Shown here: in pieces, positions 10,196 through 19,991 of the stretch | Layout of the letters: each line of letters opens with the position of its first letter | Numbering within the stretch: position 1 is the stretch's first letter | Assembly (NCBI GenBank): GCA_903821605.1 | Contig: CAIJLZ010000018.1 | Location: forward strand, 13,681-77,680 | Source: an uncultured Sphingomonadales bacterium | GTDB taxonomy: Bacteria > Pseudomonadota > Alphaproteobacteria > Sphingomonadales > Sphingomonadaceae | Length of the DNA stretch: 64,000 nt | Direction of reading: 5' to 3' | Program-made: the position numbers and the translations under genes | The notes under the pieces: generated by a model | The model's database searches: none | What the model saw: the letters and a program-made list of their open reading frames with translations, nothing else | What the model was told of the DNA's origin: nothing

Positions 10196-11215
10196 ATGAG
10201 CGAAGTCGCGGGTGAACGACCGGTCTCGAATCCGGTTCAGGAGGTGGGAGCGGAGTTGCGTCAGGCGCGTGAGCAGCAGGCATTGTCGGTCGAGGATGTT
10301 GCCTTGCGGACCCGCATCCCGCTGCGCTTTCTTCATGCGATCGAGGCGGGGGTGCATGATGGCCTGCCAAGCGCGATGTACGCGGTTGGTTTTGTTCGCA
10401 CTTATGCCAAGACGGTTGGCCTTGACCCGCAATCGCTTGGCGAGCGTTTCCGTCGTGAAATCGGTTATATGCGCGCCCCGTCCAGCATGCCGGAATATCT
10501 GGAAGAGGCCGATCCGGCGCGTGTGCCGCCGCGTTGGTTTGTCATGGGCGGGCTGTTGGCGGCGCTGATCGTCGCTCTGGGCTATTGGCTGATCCGCACC
10601 CAGACGGTGCCCAATGACGAGGAGATTGTGCAGGCCGTGGCCGGAACTGCGCCGGTCGCATCGCAACCGGCACCGCAGGTCATCGCGCCGTCACCGGCAC
10701 CGGTTGAGGCGGGGCCGGTGGTGTTGACAGCCACTGCCGATGTCTGGCTGCGGGTGTATGAGCGCAACGGGGCCAAGCTGCTGGAACGGGAATTGAAGGC
10801 GGGTGAAAGCTGGCAATTGCCGACAACGGCGGTGGACCCGTTGCTCTTGACGGGCCATCCGCAGGCGTTGACGATCCGTGTTGGCGCGCTGTTGGTGCCA
10901 CCGCTCGCCAAGTCGGATGTCAGCATCAAGGATGTGAGCCTGAAGCCTGCCGCCTTGTTGGCGCTGGCCCAACCGGCACCGCCGCAATTGCCGGTGGCGT
11001 TGGATGGAACGGCACCGCAGCCTTTGCCGCAAGCGGTGATAGATCCGGTTGCCAAGCCGTCACGCCGCGCAACGGCCGCGCGTCGCTCGCCATCTGTCGC
11101 ACCGGCGGCGGATGCGGCGCCATCAGGGGATGTTGGGGTGGATTCTGGCACGAATTCTGCCGCACCGTCGGGGGCGGATGCTGCCCCTGTGGCCGCGCCG
11201 ATGTCGGCGCATTAA
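10196..11215 (+). CDS. RodZ-like helix-turn-helix membrane protein
   Basis: Contains the HTH LRQAREQQALSVEDVALRTRIPLRFLHAIEAG, one TM helix (WFVMGGLLAALIVALGYWLI), a P/A-rich linker and a C-terminal domain. I prefer the ATG at 10196 because an AGGAG lies 7 nt upstream; the track ORF starts at 10181. Confidence 0.65.
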   Translation: MSEVAGERPVSNPVQEVGAELRQAREQQALSVEDVALRTRIPLRFLHAIEAGVHDGLPSAMYAVGFVRTYAKTVGLDPQSLGERFRREIGYMRAPSSMPEYLEEADPARVPPRWFVMGGLLAALIVALGYWLIRTQTVPNDEEIVQAVAGTAPVASQPAPQVIAPSPAPVEAGPVVLTATADVWLRVYERNGAKLLERELKAGESWQLPTTAVDPLLLTGHPQALTIRVGALLVPPLAKSDVSIKDVSLKPAALLALAQPAPPQLPVALDGTAPQPLPQAVIDPVAKPSRRATAARRSPSVAPAADAAPSGDVGVDSGTNSAAPSGADAAPVAAPMSAH

Positions 11216-11281
11216 GATCGAAGCAGATTTAACTTTAGAACAATCCCGCCGTTGCGGGAAGATGAGGCGAAAGGTGTATTG

Positions 11282-12247
11282 ATGGCCGCGAAGTTGTTCA
11301 GGAAAATGTTGCTGGTTTCGGTGGCGGTGCTCGGCACCTTGCCCGCGCTGGCGCAGGATGCGACGGTCACGACCCGTGTCGACAAGCTCGAAAAAGAAAT
11401 GCGCGCGGTGCAGCGCAAAGTTTTTCCGGGTGGTGCGGGCATGACGCTGGAACCGCAGGTGACGGCCCCGGTGCCGGTGGCGGCGGGTGTGCCGGCCTCC
11501 AACCCGGTCGCGGATTTGAGTGCGCGGGTGGATTCGCTGGAACAGCAACTGACCCAGATTACCGGTCAGGTTGAGCAGCAAGGCTATCGCCTGAAGAAGA
11601 TCGAAGAGGCGATGGCCGCACAAAAGGCGGCGGCTGATGCAGCGGCTGCTGCGCTGGCCCCCGTCGCCCCGGTCGCATCGGCCGTGTCGGCGGCGCCCGC
11701 GACGTCGGTCGCGGCGGCCAAGCCGGTCGCGGCGGCCAAGCCGGTTACGGCGGCCAAGCCGGTGGTGCCCGCCGCCGCCAAGCCGACGACCCCTGCGGCG
11801 CCCGCTGTTGCGCCTGCGACGGCCAAACCGGTCACCGCGCGCGTTTCAACCGGCGATGCCGCAGAAGACGGCTATTTACAGGGCTATGATCTGTGGGAGG
11901 CCAAAGATTATGTGGGCGCGCAGAAGATTTTGACCGAGACGGCCAAGAAATTCCCGCAGCACAAGCGTTACAGCTATGCCCAGAACCTACTTGGTCGGGC
12001 CTATCTTGATGAGGGCAAGGCGGTGACGGCCGCCAAGATATTCCTTGAGAATTACCGCAATGCGCCCAAGGGCGACCGCGCAGCGGACAGCCTGTATTTC
12101 TTGGGCGTGTCGCTGATCCAGCTCAAGAAGCTGCCGGATGCCTGCAAGTCGTTCGACGAGCTGGACGCGGTCTATGGTCCAAGCCTGCGTGACTTCGTCA
12201 AGCAGCGCCTGCCAGCGGCGCGCAAGGAAGCGCAGTGTGCCAGCTGA
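11282..12247 (+). CDS. ybgF: Tol-Pal system protein YbgF/CpoB-like (coiled coil plus TPR)
   Basis: Signal peptide MAAKLFRKMLLVSVAVLGTLPALAQ, then a coiled-coil region, an Ala/Pro/Lys repeat linker and a C-terminal TPR (YAQNLLGRAYLDEGK...). The track ORF begins at 11252. Confidence 0.7.
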   Translation: MAAKLFRKMLLVSVAVLGTLPALAQDATVTTRVDKLEKEMRAVQRKVFPGGAGMTLEPQVTAPVPVAAGVPASNPVADLSARVDSLEQQLTQITGQVEQQGYRLKKIEEAMAAQKAAADAAAAALAPVAPVASAVSAAPATSVAAAKPVAAAKPVTAAKPVVPAAAKPTTPAAPAVAPATAKPVTARVSTGDAAEDGYLQGYDLWEAKDYVGAQKILTETAKKFPQHKRYSYAQNLLGRAYLDEGKAVTAAKIFLENYRNAPKGDRAADSLYFLGVSLIQLKKLPDACKSFDELDAVYGPSLRDFVKQRLPAARKEAQCAS

Positions 12248-13232
12248 ACCTACCTCGGAGGCGCTGCGCATTTGGGTTGATCGGTTCGGGAAAGACCTTG
12301 AACTGATTGACGATCTCGACCCGGGGCTGCTGGCGCAGCCGGGCGGTGTCGCGGTTTCCGGCGGGCCGGACAGCATGGCGTTGATGTGGTTGATGTTTCA
12401 GGCGAAACATGGCGGTTTTCGGGTGGCATCCGTCGATCATGGCTTGCGGGCCGAAAGCGCGCACGAAGTCCGCAAGGTCGCGGACGAGGCGCAGGCCTTG
12501 GGCATCCCGCATGATATATTGACGATCGACTGGCCGGATGGTTCGCCCAAGGCCAGCCTGCAAGACGAGGCGCGCAAGGTGCGCTATCGGGCGCTGGAAC
12601 GCTGGGCCGCAGACCATGGCCTGGCGTGGATCATGACGGCCCATCATGCCGATGATCAGGCCGAGACCATGGTGATGCGGCTGGTCCGAGGATCGGGTTT
12701 AGCGGGTTTGAGCGGTATTCGGCGGATGCGTCAGTCTGGTCCGGTGATGCTGGTCCGTCCGTTGCTCGACTGGCGGCGGGCTGATCTGGATGATCTTTGT
12801 GCGCAGGCCGGGATCGGGATCAGTCGTGATCCGTCCAACGACGATCCGCGCCACGATCGCACCCGCACCCGGCAATTGTTGAACCAGCCGGGCATGCCCG
12901 ATCCGCAGGGCATGGCCGAGACGGCCAATCGTCTGGCCGGGGCCGAAGAGGCTTTGCAATGGGCATGTGGTGAAGTGCTGCGCACCCGTTGCAACTGGCC
13001 GGGCGATAATTGTCGCTTTGATGCGGCGGGTCTACCGGACGAGTTGGTGCGCCGGACGCTTGTGGCGATTCTGGGTCATATGGGTGACGAGGTGAGGGGG
13101 CAGGCCGCCCATCGCGCGATGCTGGCCTTGCGTCGGGGCGAGACGGTATCGCTTGGTCATGCCCAGTTGCGCCCCGGCGAGACATGGCTTGTGCGAAAAA
13201 TCGACGCAGAATCTTCACCTGTCGACGCTTAA
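12237..13232 (+). CDS. tilS: tRNA(Ile)-lysidine synthase
   Basis: PP-loop motif VAVSGGPDSMAL. The track ORF (12138) overlaps ybgF by 110 nt. An in-frame GTG at 12237 removes most of that overlap. Confidence 0.8.
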   Translation: MPAEPTSEALRIWVDRFGKDLELIDDLDPGLLAQPGGVAVSGGPDSMALMWLMFQAKHGGFRVASVDHGLRAESAHEVRKVADEAQALGIPHDILTIDWPDGSPKASLQDEARKVRYRALERWAADHGLAWIMTAHHADDQAETMVMRLVRGSGLAGLSGIRRMRQSGPVMLVRPLLDWRRADLDDLCAQAGIGISRDPSNDDPRHDRTRTRQLLNQPGMPDPQGMAETANRLAGAEEALQWACGEVLRTRCNWPGDNCRFDAAGLPDELVRRTLVAILGHMGDEVRGQAAHRAMLALRRGETVSLGHAQLRPGETWLVRKIDAESSPVDA

Positions 13233-13299
13233 CGGCCAGTTCAGCCATTGAGTTTATGATCGCGCTGCCTATCTTGGTGCGTGAAAGGTAGCCCTCCCT

Positions 13300-15252
13300 A
13301 TGCAAGAAGATCGCGATCCCCCCCCGCCGCCCAACCCTTGGATGCGCAGTCTTGGCATTTGGGTCGGGATTTTGGCGGCGTTGGTGCTGGTCGTTTCCCT
13401 GTTCGAAGGCAGTCGCGGCGATGCCGCCGGTTCGAACATCGCCTATTCGGAATTTCTGAAAAAGGTTGAGGATGGCAGCGTCCGCAATGCCGAAATCGCG
13501 GGCGAGGTCGTGACTGGCACGCTCAGCGACGGCAAGACCTTCAAGACGGTCAACCCGGCTGATCCCCGGTTGGTGGATCGGCTGACCGAAAAGGGCATCG
13601 CGTTCCGTGCCAAGCAGGCCGAAGAACCGAGCCTGTTGATGTATATTCTCTACCAGACGCTGCCCTTTGTGCTGCTGCTGGGGCTTGGCTTTTTTGTCAT
13701 GCGCCAGATGCAGAAAAATGCGGGGTCCGGCGCGATGGGCTTTGGCAAGTCGCGGGCGCGGATGCTGACGGAAAAGCAAGTGCGCGTCACCTTCGACGAT
13801 GTCGCCGGGATTGATGAGGCGCGCGAGGAGTTGCAGGAAATCGTCGATTTCCTCAAGGACCCGGGCAAATTTTCGCGCCTCGGCGGCAAAATCCCGAAGG
13901 GTGCGTTGCTGGTCGGCTCGCCCGGCACCGGCAAGACCTTGCTGGCCCGTGCGATTGCGGGCGAGGCTAAGGTGCCGTTTTTCACCATTTCCGGTTCGGA
14001 TTTTGTCGAGATGTTCGTCGGCGTCGGCGCGAGCCGCGTCCGCGACATGTTCGATCAGGCGAAGAAATCGGCGCCATGCATCGTCTTTATCGATGAAATC
14101 GATGCGGTCGGTCGTCATCGTGGCGCTGGGCTTGGCAATGGCAATGACGAGCGCGAGCAGACGTTGAACCAGTTACTGGTCGAGATGGACGGTTTCGAGG
14201 CGAATGAGGGCATCATCATCATCGCCGCGACCAACCGCCCGGATGTGCTTGATCCGGCGCTGTTGCGTCCGGGCCGCTTTGACCGTCAGGTCGTGGTGCC
14301 GCGCCCGGATATTGAGGGTCGCGAGAAGATTCTGTCGGTGCACATGAAGAAGGTGCCGCTGGCGCCCGATGTCGATCCCCGCGTGATCGCGCGTGGCACG
14401 CCGGGTTTTTCGGGTGCGGATCTCGCCAATCTTGTCAACGAGGCGGCGCTGATGGCGGCGCGTCGCGGCAAGCGACTGGTCGCGATGGCCGAGTTCGAGT
14501 CCGCCAAGGACAAGGTCATGATGGGCACGGAACGCAAGTCCATGGTCATGACCGACGACGAGAAGAAAATGACCGCCTATCACGAGGCGGGTCACGCCAT
14601 TGTCGCGATGCACGAACCGGCATCTGATCCGATCCACAAGGCCACCATCATCCCGCGCGGTCGTGCGCTGGGGATGGTGATGCGCCTGCCGGAACGCGAC
14701 AATTATTCCTATCATCGCGACAAGATGCACGCGAACCTCTCGGTCTCGATGGGCGGGCGCGTCGCGGAAGAACTGATCTTTGGTTATGACAAGGTGTCTT
14801 CGGGGGCCTCTGGCGATATCCAATACGCGACCAAGCTGGCCCGCGACATGGTGACGCAATGGGGCATGTCCGATGAAATGGGCCCGCTGCAATATGAAGA
14901 GCCGCAGGGCGAGACATTCCTTGGCTATTCACAATCGGCGCGCGTTCATATGTCGGACGAGACGGCGAAGAAGATCGACACGGAAATCCGGCGCATCGTG
15001 GATGCTGGCTATGACAAGGCCAAGGAACTGCTCGGCACGCATATCGACCAGCTCCACGCGCTGGCCAATGCGTTGCTTGAATATGAAACATTGTCGGGTG
15101 AAGAAATCCGGGCGATCATGAACGGCGAAGGCATTGACCGTCCGGACAGCAGCCTGTCCAAACCGGTGGTCCCGGCATCGGGTGGTTCCTCCATTCCGAA
15201 GTCGCGGCGATCGGGCGGCGGATTGGCCGGCGCCGCGCCGCAAGGGGCTTGA
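13300..15252 (+). CDS. ftsH: ATP-dependent zinc metalloprotease FtsH
   Basis: 650 aa with N-terminal TM helices, Walker A GSPGTGKT and the zinc motif HEAGHA. Confidence 0.95.
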   Translation: MQEDRDPPPPPNPWMRSLGIWVGILAALVLVVSLFEGSRGDAAGSNIAYSEFLKKVEDGSVRNAEIAGEVVTGTLSDGKTFKTVNPADPRLVDRLTEKGIAFRAKQAEEPSLLMYILYQTLPFVLLLGLGFFVMRQMQKNAGSGAMGFGKSRARMLTEKQVRVTFDDVAGIDEAREELQEIVDFLKDPGKFSRLGGKIPKGALLVGSPGTGKTLLARAIAGEAKVPFFTISGSDFVEMFVGVGASRVRDMFDQAKKSAPCIVFIDEIDAVGRHRGAGLGNGNDEREQTLNQLLVEMDGFEANEGIIIIAATNRPDVLDPALLRPGRFDRQVVVPRPDIEGREKILSVHMKKVPLAPDVDPRVIARGTPGFSGADLANLVNEAALMAARRGKRLVAMAEFESAKDKVMMGTERKSMVMTDDEKKMTAYHEAGHAIVAMHEPASDPIHKATIIPRGRALGMVMRLPERDNYSYHRDKMHANLSVSMGGRVAEELIFGYDKVSSGASGDIQYATKLARDMVTQWGMSDEMGPLQYEEPQGETFLGYSQSARVHMSDETAKKIDTEIRRIVDAGYDKAKELLGTHIDQLHALANALLEYETLSGEEIRAIMNGEGIDRPDSSLSKPVVPASGGSSIPKSRRSGGGLAGAAPQGA

Positions 15253-15317
15253 TCTGGTGTAATATGGGGAGCCCGGCGGTGCAAATCGCCGGGTTCTTTC
15301 TTGGTGAAAGGGGATTT

Positions 15318-15908
15318 ATGAGCAATATTCGTTTTGGCCGCTGGTTGGTTGTTCCGATGGCGCTGGCGCTCGCATCTTGCGGCATCAATTCTGTCCCGAC
15401 CCGGGAAGAGGCCGTCAACGCCGCCTGGGGCAATGTGCAAAATGAATATCAGCGCCGGGCCGATCTCATCCCCAATCTGGTGTCGACGGTGAAGGGCTAT
15501 GCCGTGCAGGAAAAGACGGTGTTGGTCGCCGTGACCGAGGCGCGGGCCAAGGCCTCATCGATACAGGTCAAGCCGGAAGACCTGAACAACCCCGCCAAAT
15601 TGCAGCAGTTTGAACAGGCGCAGGGCCAGCTCGGCGCGTCGTTGGGGCGTTTGTTGGTAACGATGGAGCGCTATCCGGACCTGAAATCGAATCAGAATTT
15701 CCTCGCGCTCCAGAATGAACTGGCGACGACGGAGAACCAGATCACCATTGCGCGGCGGGATTATAATGCGGCGGTGCAAGACTATAATACCACCATCCGC
15801 ACCTTCCCGGATCTGATCGGGGCGAAGATGATCTATGGCGCGAAGCCAAAGGCGTCCTTCACCGCCACTACCCCGGGCGCAGATAGCGCGCCGAAGGTGG
15901 CGTTCTGA
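15318..15908 (+). CDS. lemA: LemA family protein (lipoprotein-type signal)
   Basis: MSNIRFGRWLVVPMALALASCG signal/lipobox, then a LemA-like sequence (QRRADLIPNLV...ERYPDLKSNQNF). The ATG at 15318 follows GAAAGGGGA. Confidence 0.85.
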   Translation: MSNIRFGRWLVVPMALALASCGINSVPTREEAVNAAWGNVQNEYQRRADLIPNLVSTVKGYAVQEKTVLVAVTEARAKASSIQVKPEDLNNPAKLQQFEQAQGQLGASLGRLLVTMERYPDLKSNQNFLALQNELATTENQITIARRDYNAAVQDYNTTIRTFPDLIGAKMIYGAKPKASFTATTPGADSAPKVAF

Positions 15909-15970
15909 GCTGGGCGGCCCCCACATCCGCCCCTCATTGCCGTGCGAGCGGGTATGAGAGGGCTTGGGGG

Positions 15971-16768
15971 GTGATGACCATGGGTGGGTTTGCCCTGCCG
16001 CTGTTGCTTGCCGCGTTGTTTCTGCTGCTTGCCACCACGCCAACCCATGCGGCGATGCGTTTCCCGCCGCTTACCGGGCGGGTGGTCGATACAGCGGGGA
16101 TGATCGACTCGGCGACGGAGGCGAGCCTCAGCAACGATCTGGCGGCGTTGGAACGCGATAAGGGCATCCAGTTCGTGGTTGCCACCATCCCTTCATTGCA
16201 GGGCGAGACCATCGAGAATTACGGCTATCAACTCGGCCGTAACTGGGCGATTGGGCGCAAAAAGGTTGATGATGGCGTGATCCTGCTGATCGCGCGCGAT
16301 GATCGCAAGTTGCGGATCGAGGTTGGCTATGGCCTGACCCCGGTGCTGACCGCTGGCCTGTCGGGTATCATTATCCATGACGTGATCTTGCCCCGGTTCA
16401 AACAGGGCGATTTGAGCGGCGGGATCAAGGCCGGGTCGGATGCTATTGTGACCCAGTTGCGGCTGCCCGCCCCCGCCGCCGAGGCGCGGGCCAAGCGGAT
16501 TGTGGCCGAGCAACAGGCCAAGGCCGATAGCGGTACGCCGCAGTCTGGCATTTTCTTCTTCATCGTCTTCGCGATTGTGATGATGTCGATCCTGCGCGCC
16601 AATCGCGGCATGGGCCGGATCCATCGTCGCGGCGGGCTGCCGGTGGTGATCTGGGGGCCGGGCTTTGGTGGCGGCGGCTTTGGTAGCGGCGGCGGCGGTT
16701 TTGGCGGCGGTGGCTTTTCGGGCGGCGGCGGCAGCTTCGGCGGGGGAGGCGCATCGGGCCAATGGTGA
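15971..16768 (+). CDS. TPM-domain protein with a Gly-rich C-terminus
   Basis: Signal peptide, then a TPM/YgcG-like core (GRVVDTAGMI...VVATIPSLQGE...), a TM helix and a C-terminal GGGFGSGGGGFGGGGFSGGGG tail. Confidence 0.75.
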   Translation: MMTMGGFALPLLLAALFLLLATTPTHAAMRFPPLTGRVVDTAGMIDSATEASLSNDLAALERDKGIQFVVATIPSLQGETIENYGYQLGRNWAIGRKKVDDGVILLIARDDRKLRIEVGYGLTPVLTAGLSGIIIHDVILPRFKQGDLSGGIKAGSDAIVTQLRLPAPAAEARAKRIVAEQQAKADSGTPQSGIFFFIVFAIVMMSILRANRGMGRIHRRGGLPVVIWGPGFGGGGFGSGGGGFGGGGFSGGGGSFGGGGASGQW

Positions 16769-17442
16769 AGCAATATTGGGAAGATACGTCGCGCGCGCAG
16801 TTGGCCGAGGCCATTGCCCGCGCGGAATCGGGCACGAGCGGCGAGGTGCTCGTCGTCTCATCGGAGCTGTCCGACAGCTATCATGACGTCGGCCTGCATT
16901 ATGCCATCGGCGTGATGTTCCTGAAACTGGGCGCGATCTGGGCGATGGGGCCGGATCGGCTGCATGCGTTGATGGTGCGGTTCTGGGGCTGGGATGGGCC
17001 AAGCGGCCATACTCAGGTGCTGGGTCTATTGTTCGTCTGGCTGGCGGCGGTGTTTCTGGTGGTGCGCTATGCGATGGCGTGGATGCCAGTGCGGCTGCGC
17101 TTGACCCCACGAGCGACCAAGCAGCGTCGGGTGCGACGGCGGGCGGTATTGTTGTTCAACGCCATGGCGCGGGGCAAGACAAGCGGCAAAACGGCGGTGC
17201 TGCTGTATATTTCGCAGGGCGAACATATGGCGGAACTGGTCGTGGATGAAGCGATTCACGCCAGCGTCCCGCCTGAAATGTGGGGCGAGGCGATGGTCGC
17301 GCTGATTGACGAATTGCGCGCCGGGCGAATGGTGGATGGGCTGGTCGCCGCCATCGACCGTATCGGCGTGGTGCTGCATCGCCAATTGCCGGTTGCACCG
17401 GGGGACATCAACGAATTGCCCGACAGGATCATCGAATTGTGA
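16762..17442 (+). CDS. TPM-domain-associated membrane protein
   Basis: 226 aa (AIARAESGTSGEVLVV...) with a central TM region. Overlaps the preceding gene by 7 nt. This is the third member of the usual LemA-TPM-TPM arrangement. Confidence 0.6.
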   Translation: MVKQYWEDTSRAQLAEAIARAESGTSGEVLVVSSELSDSYHDVGLHYAIGVMFLKLGAIWAMGPDRLHALMVRFWGWDGPSGHTQVLGLLFVWLAAVFLVVRYAMAWMPVRLRLTPRATKQRRVRRRAVLLFNAMARGKTSGKTAVLLYISQGEHMAELVVDEAIHASVPPEMWGEAMVALIDELRAGRMVDGLVAAIDRIGVVLHRQLPVAPGDINELPDRIIEL

Positions 17443-17972
17443 CCGGACAGGCGATCCGCACCGCCTGGGAAGGCAAATATATCAATGTGAAGGTCGAAGG
17501 GACTTGGGAATATGTCAGCCGCTCGCGCAATATCGGCGCGGCGGTGATCCTCGCGCTGGACGAGGGGCATGTCATCCTTGTCGAGCAATATCGTGTGCCG
17601 CTTAAGCGCAATTGCATTGAACTACCGGCAGGATTGGTGGGCGATGACAGCCATGGCGAGGCGAGCATTGATGCCGCGATTCGGGAATTGGCCGAAGAGA
17701 CCGGCTATCATGCGGCGGAAATGACGGAAATCGGGGAGTTTTACTCTTCGCCCGGCATGGTATCGGAACATTTCACGCTGTTCCGCGCAACGGGCCTGAC
17801 CCGTGTTCACGCCGGTGGCGGCACCGATGACGAGGCGATCATCGTTCACCGCGTGCCGATGGCGGATATCCCCCTCTTCATCGCCGCCAAGCGTGCCGAG
17901 GGACTGGGAATTGATGTCCGGGTGATGACGCTACTTGCGATGGTGGGCGCACCGGGCTTCAATCTCGCCTAA
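17439..17972 (+). CDS. NUDIX hydrolase (ADP-ribose pyrophosphatase-like)
   Basis: A perfect NUDIX box is present: GDDSHGEASIDAAIRELAEETGY. The GTG start overlaps the upstream stop as GTGA. Confidence 0.8.
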   Translation: MTGQAIRTAWEGKYINVKVEGTWEYVSRSRNIGAAVILALDEGHVILVEQYRVPLKRNCIELPAGLVGDDSHGEASIDAAIRELAEETGYHAAEMTEIGEFYSSPGMVSEHFTLFRATGLTRVHAGGGTDDEAIIVHRVPMADIPLFIAAKRAEGLGIDVRVMTLLAMVGAPGFNLA

Positions 17973-18074
17973 CAGCGTCGAAAAGCGCCACGAATTGCAA
18001 GCGCCTACTGGCGCAGCCTGATTTGGCCGTTATAAGAGTCAAACATATTATCCGAAGACTTTCAGGGGACCGGA

Positions 18075-19184
18075 ATGAAGGCGACGATCGAGCGGGCCAA
18101 TCTGTTGAAGAGCCTGAGCCATGTGCAATCCGTGGTGGAACGCCGCAATACGATTCCGATCCTGTCCAACGTCCTGATCGAAGCGGGCAATGGCGGCCTT
18201 CGGTTGATGGCGACCGACCTTGATCTCCAGATCGTGGAGCAGGTGCCGGCGGATGTCGAAGTCGATGGCGCGACCACCGTGTCGGCCCATATGCTGTTCG
18301 ACATTGCCCGCAAATTGCCGGAAGGCTCGCAGGTCAGTCTGGTCGCTTCGGATGGCAAGCTCGCCATCGTGGCAGGGCGTTCGCGCTTTAACCTCCCGAC
18401 CTTGCCGCGCGATGATTTCCCGATCATTGCCGAGGGCGATCTGCCGGTGGCGTTCACATTGCCGGTCGATATCCTTAAGGTTATGATCGACAAGACCCGT
18501 TTTGCGATCTCGACTGAGGAAACCCGTTATTATCTGAACGGCATATTCTTCCATGTCAGCAATGATGGTGAACCGACGCTCAAGGCGGCGGCAACCGATG
18601 GCCACCGTCTGGCACGCGTCACCATGGCGCGCCCGGATGGGGCGGAATCGATGCCCGACATCATCATCCCGCGCAAATGCGTGGCCGAGATTCGCAAGTT
18701 GCTCGACGAAGTCGATGGCAATGTCGAACTGTCGATGAGCGCATCGAAAATCCGCTTTGATCTGGGTTCGGCGGTGCTGACCAGCAAGCTGATCGACGGC
18801 ACCTTCCCGGATTACAGCCGCGTCATCCCGACCGCGAATGATAAGCTGCTGCGCATCGACCCGAAGAGCCTGATGGCCGGTGTCGATCGCGTCGCCACCA
18901 TCGCGTCGGAAAAGACCCGCGCCGTCAAGGTTGCGCTGGATCGCGACCGGGTGACGCTGTCGGTCACATCGCCGGAAAACGGCACCGCTGCCGAAGAACT
19001 GGCGAGCGACTACACCGCACCGGGCATGGAAATCGGTTTTAACGCGCGTTATCTGATGGATATTCTCGGCCAGATTGAGGGCGACACGGTGGAAGTCCAT
19101 CTGGCTGATGCCTCGGCCCCGACCCTGATCCGCGAACATGATAAGTCGCCCGCGCTTTACGTCTTGATGCCGATGCGCGTCTGA
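18075..19184 (+). CDS. dnaN: DNA polymerase III beta sliding clamp
   Basis: 369 aa with typical DnaN sequence (MKATIERANLLKSL...RNTIPILSNVLIEA...ATDGHRLA). Confidence 0.95.
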   Translation: MKATIERANLLKSLSHVQSVVERRNTIPILSNVLIEAGNGGLRLMATDLDLQIVEQVPADVEVDGATTVSAHMLFDIARKLPEGSQVSLVASDGKLAIVAGRSRFNLPTLPRDDFPIIAEGDLPVAFTLPVDILKVMIDKTRFAISTEETRYYLNGIFFHVSNDGEPTLKAAATDGHRLARVTMARPDGAESMPDIIIPRKCVAEIRKLLDEVDGNVELSMSASKIRFDLGSAVLTSKLIDGTFPDYSRVIPTANDKLLRIDPKSLMAGVDRVATIASEKTRAVKVALDRDRVTLSVTSPENGTAAEELASDYTAPGMEIGFNARYLMDILGQIEGDTVEVHLADASAPTLIREHDKSPALYVLMPMRV

Positions 19185-19276
19185 TCCTCGGTTTTTTGGG
19201 AATGAACAAGGGGGGCGGGCCGCAAGAATCGCCCTTTTTGTTGCCGGTCTTTTTGTTAGAGGCCTGACCTCATCCC

Positions 19277-19455
19277 CCCTCCCAATTCGTCATGCTGAAC
19301 TTGTTTCAGCATCCACCGCACCACGGGAACGTGGCGGGTGGGAGGGGAGTGGACCCTGAAACAAGTTCAGGGTGACGAGACTGGGGAGGGCGGTTGAGGG
19401 AATGGAGGTTCGTTGCAGGGTGACGAGACTGGGGAGCGTTGGGGGTGGAGGAGGG
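19277..19455. repeat. REP/MITE-like palindromic element, copy 1
   Basis: Left arm CCTCCCAATTCGTCATGCTGAACTTGTTTCAGCATCC; right arm GGACCCTGAAACAAGTTCAGGGTGACGAGACTGGGGAGG. These form imperfect ~35-bp terminal inverted repeats, and each arm is itself a hairpin. A partial duplicate GGGTGACGAGACTGGGGAG and a G-rich tail follow. The second copy is at 32091-32225. Confidence 0.8.
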
Positions 19456-19457
19456 AC

Positions 19458-19991
19458 TCAGCCCTTTTTCAGCAGTTCGGCCAGCGCGCCAAATGGGCCG
19501 GCTTCGCCTTCGCTCTTGACCCCGGCGGCCTTGAGTGCGGCTTCGGCATTCGGTCCGCGCGGGAAGGGGTCGAGCGCGAGGTAGAGCGTGTCGGACAAGG
19601 CCTCGCCAAGGTCGAATTGGCTGCCGGGATAATCAATCGTGTCGCAATCCGACGCGTCGAGTTCGACTTCTTCCTCGAAATCCGCCGCGCGGCCCGTTTC
19701 GGCCTGATGCCGGAAGCGGAGCGCAAAGGGGGTGTCGATCACCAAGGGCAGTTCGTCGCCCGTTGCGATGCAGCGTTGTGCGAGTTCGGCATGAAGCGTG
19801 CCATCGGCGTGCACGCCGTCTGACTGGGCTTGCAGCTTTAATTCGGCGCGCAGCACGTCGAGCCGTGGCAGATCAAAGCGCCGGGCTAGCCCTTGGCGTT
19901 CCGATTCGTTGGCTTCGAGCGAGAGTTTGCGCACCTCAAGGCTGACATGCGCGGCTTCGATCAGACGGGACCATTCGGGGGCGTCGGTCAT
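19458..19991 (-). CDS. yceD: YceD/DUF177 family protein
   Basis: Acidic DUF177-like sequence. The ATG at 19991 gives an ATGA overlap with the upstream gene's stop; the track ORF starts at 20003. Confidence 0.75.
   Translation of the reverse strand: MTDAPEWSRLIEAAHVSLEVRKLSLEANESERQGLARRFDLPRLDVLRAELKLQAQSDGVHADGTLHAELAQRCIATGDELPLVIDTPFALRFRHQAETGRAADFEEEVELDASDCDTIDYPGSQFDLGEALSDTLYLALDPFPRGPNAEAALKAAGVKSEGEAGPFGALAELLKKG

Noticed and set aside
12820-14118. 432-codon minus ORF across tilS/ftsH. Other long antisense ORFs of the same kind: 965-2545 opposite frames, 16193-17110, 18048-19139, 27010-28080, 36544-37662, 41175-41909, 49248-50339, 51173-52327, 54060-55382, 55738-57228, 57540-59162 and 62523-63596.
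   Set aside because: Each lies opposite a gene with unmistakable family motifs (FtsH, DnaN, GlgP/B/C/A/X and others). Their translations are low-complexity and Arg/Pro/Gly/His-rich. I treated them all as GC-driven shadow ORFs.
18048-18056. DnaA-box-like TTATCCGAA upstream of dnaN, as a possible origin or dnaN regulation signal.
   Set aside because: It matches TTATCCACA at only 7 of 9 positions and occurs once. There is no cluster of boxes, no AT-rich unwinding element and no dnaA gene nearby. This is not enough to call an oriC or a regulatory site.
19213-19240. Possible terminator after dnaN (GGGCG-ggccgcaagaat-CGCCC-TTTTT).
   Set aside because: It has only a 5-bp stem with a 12-nt loop. 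The adjacent REP-like element is a more plausible transcript-end structure.
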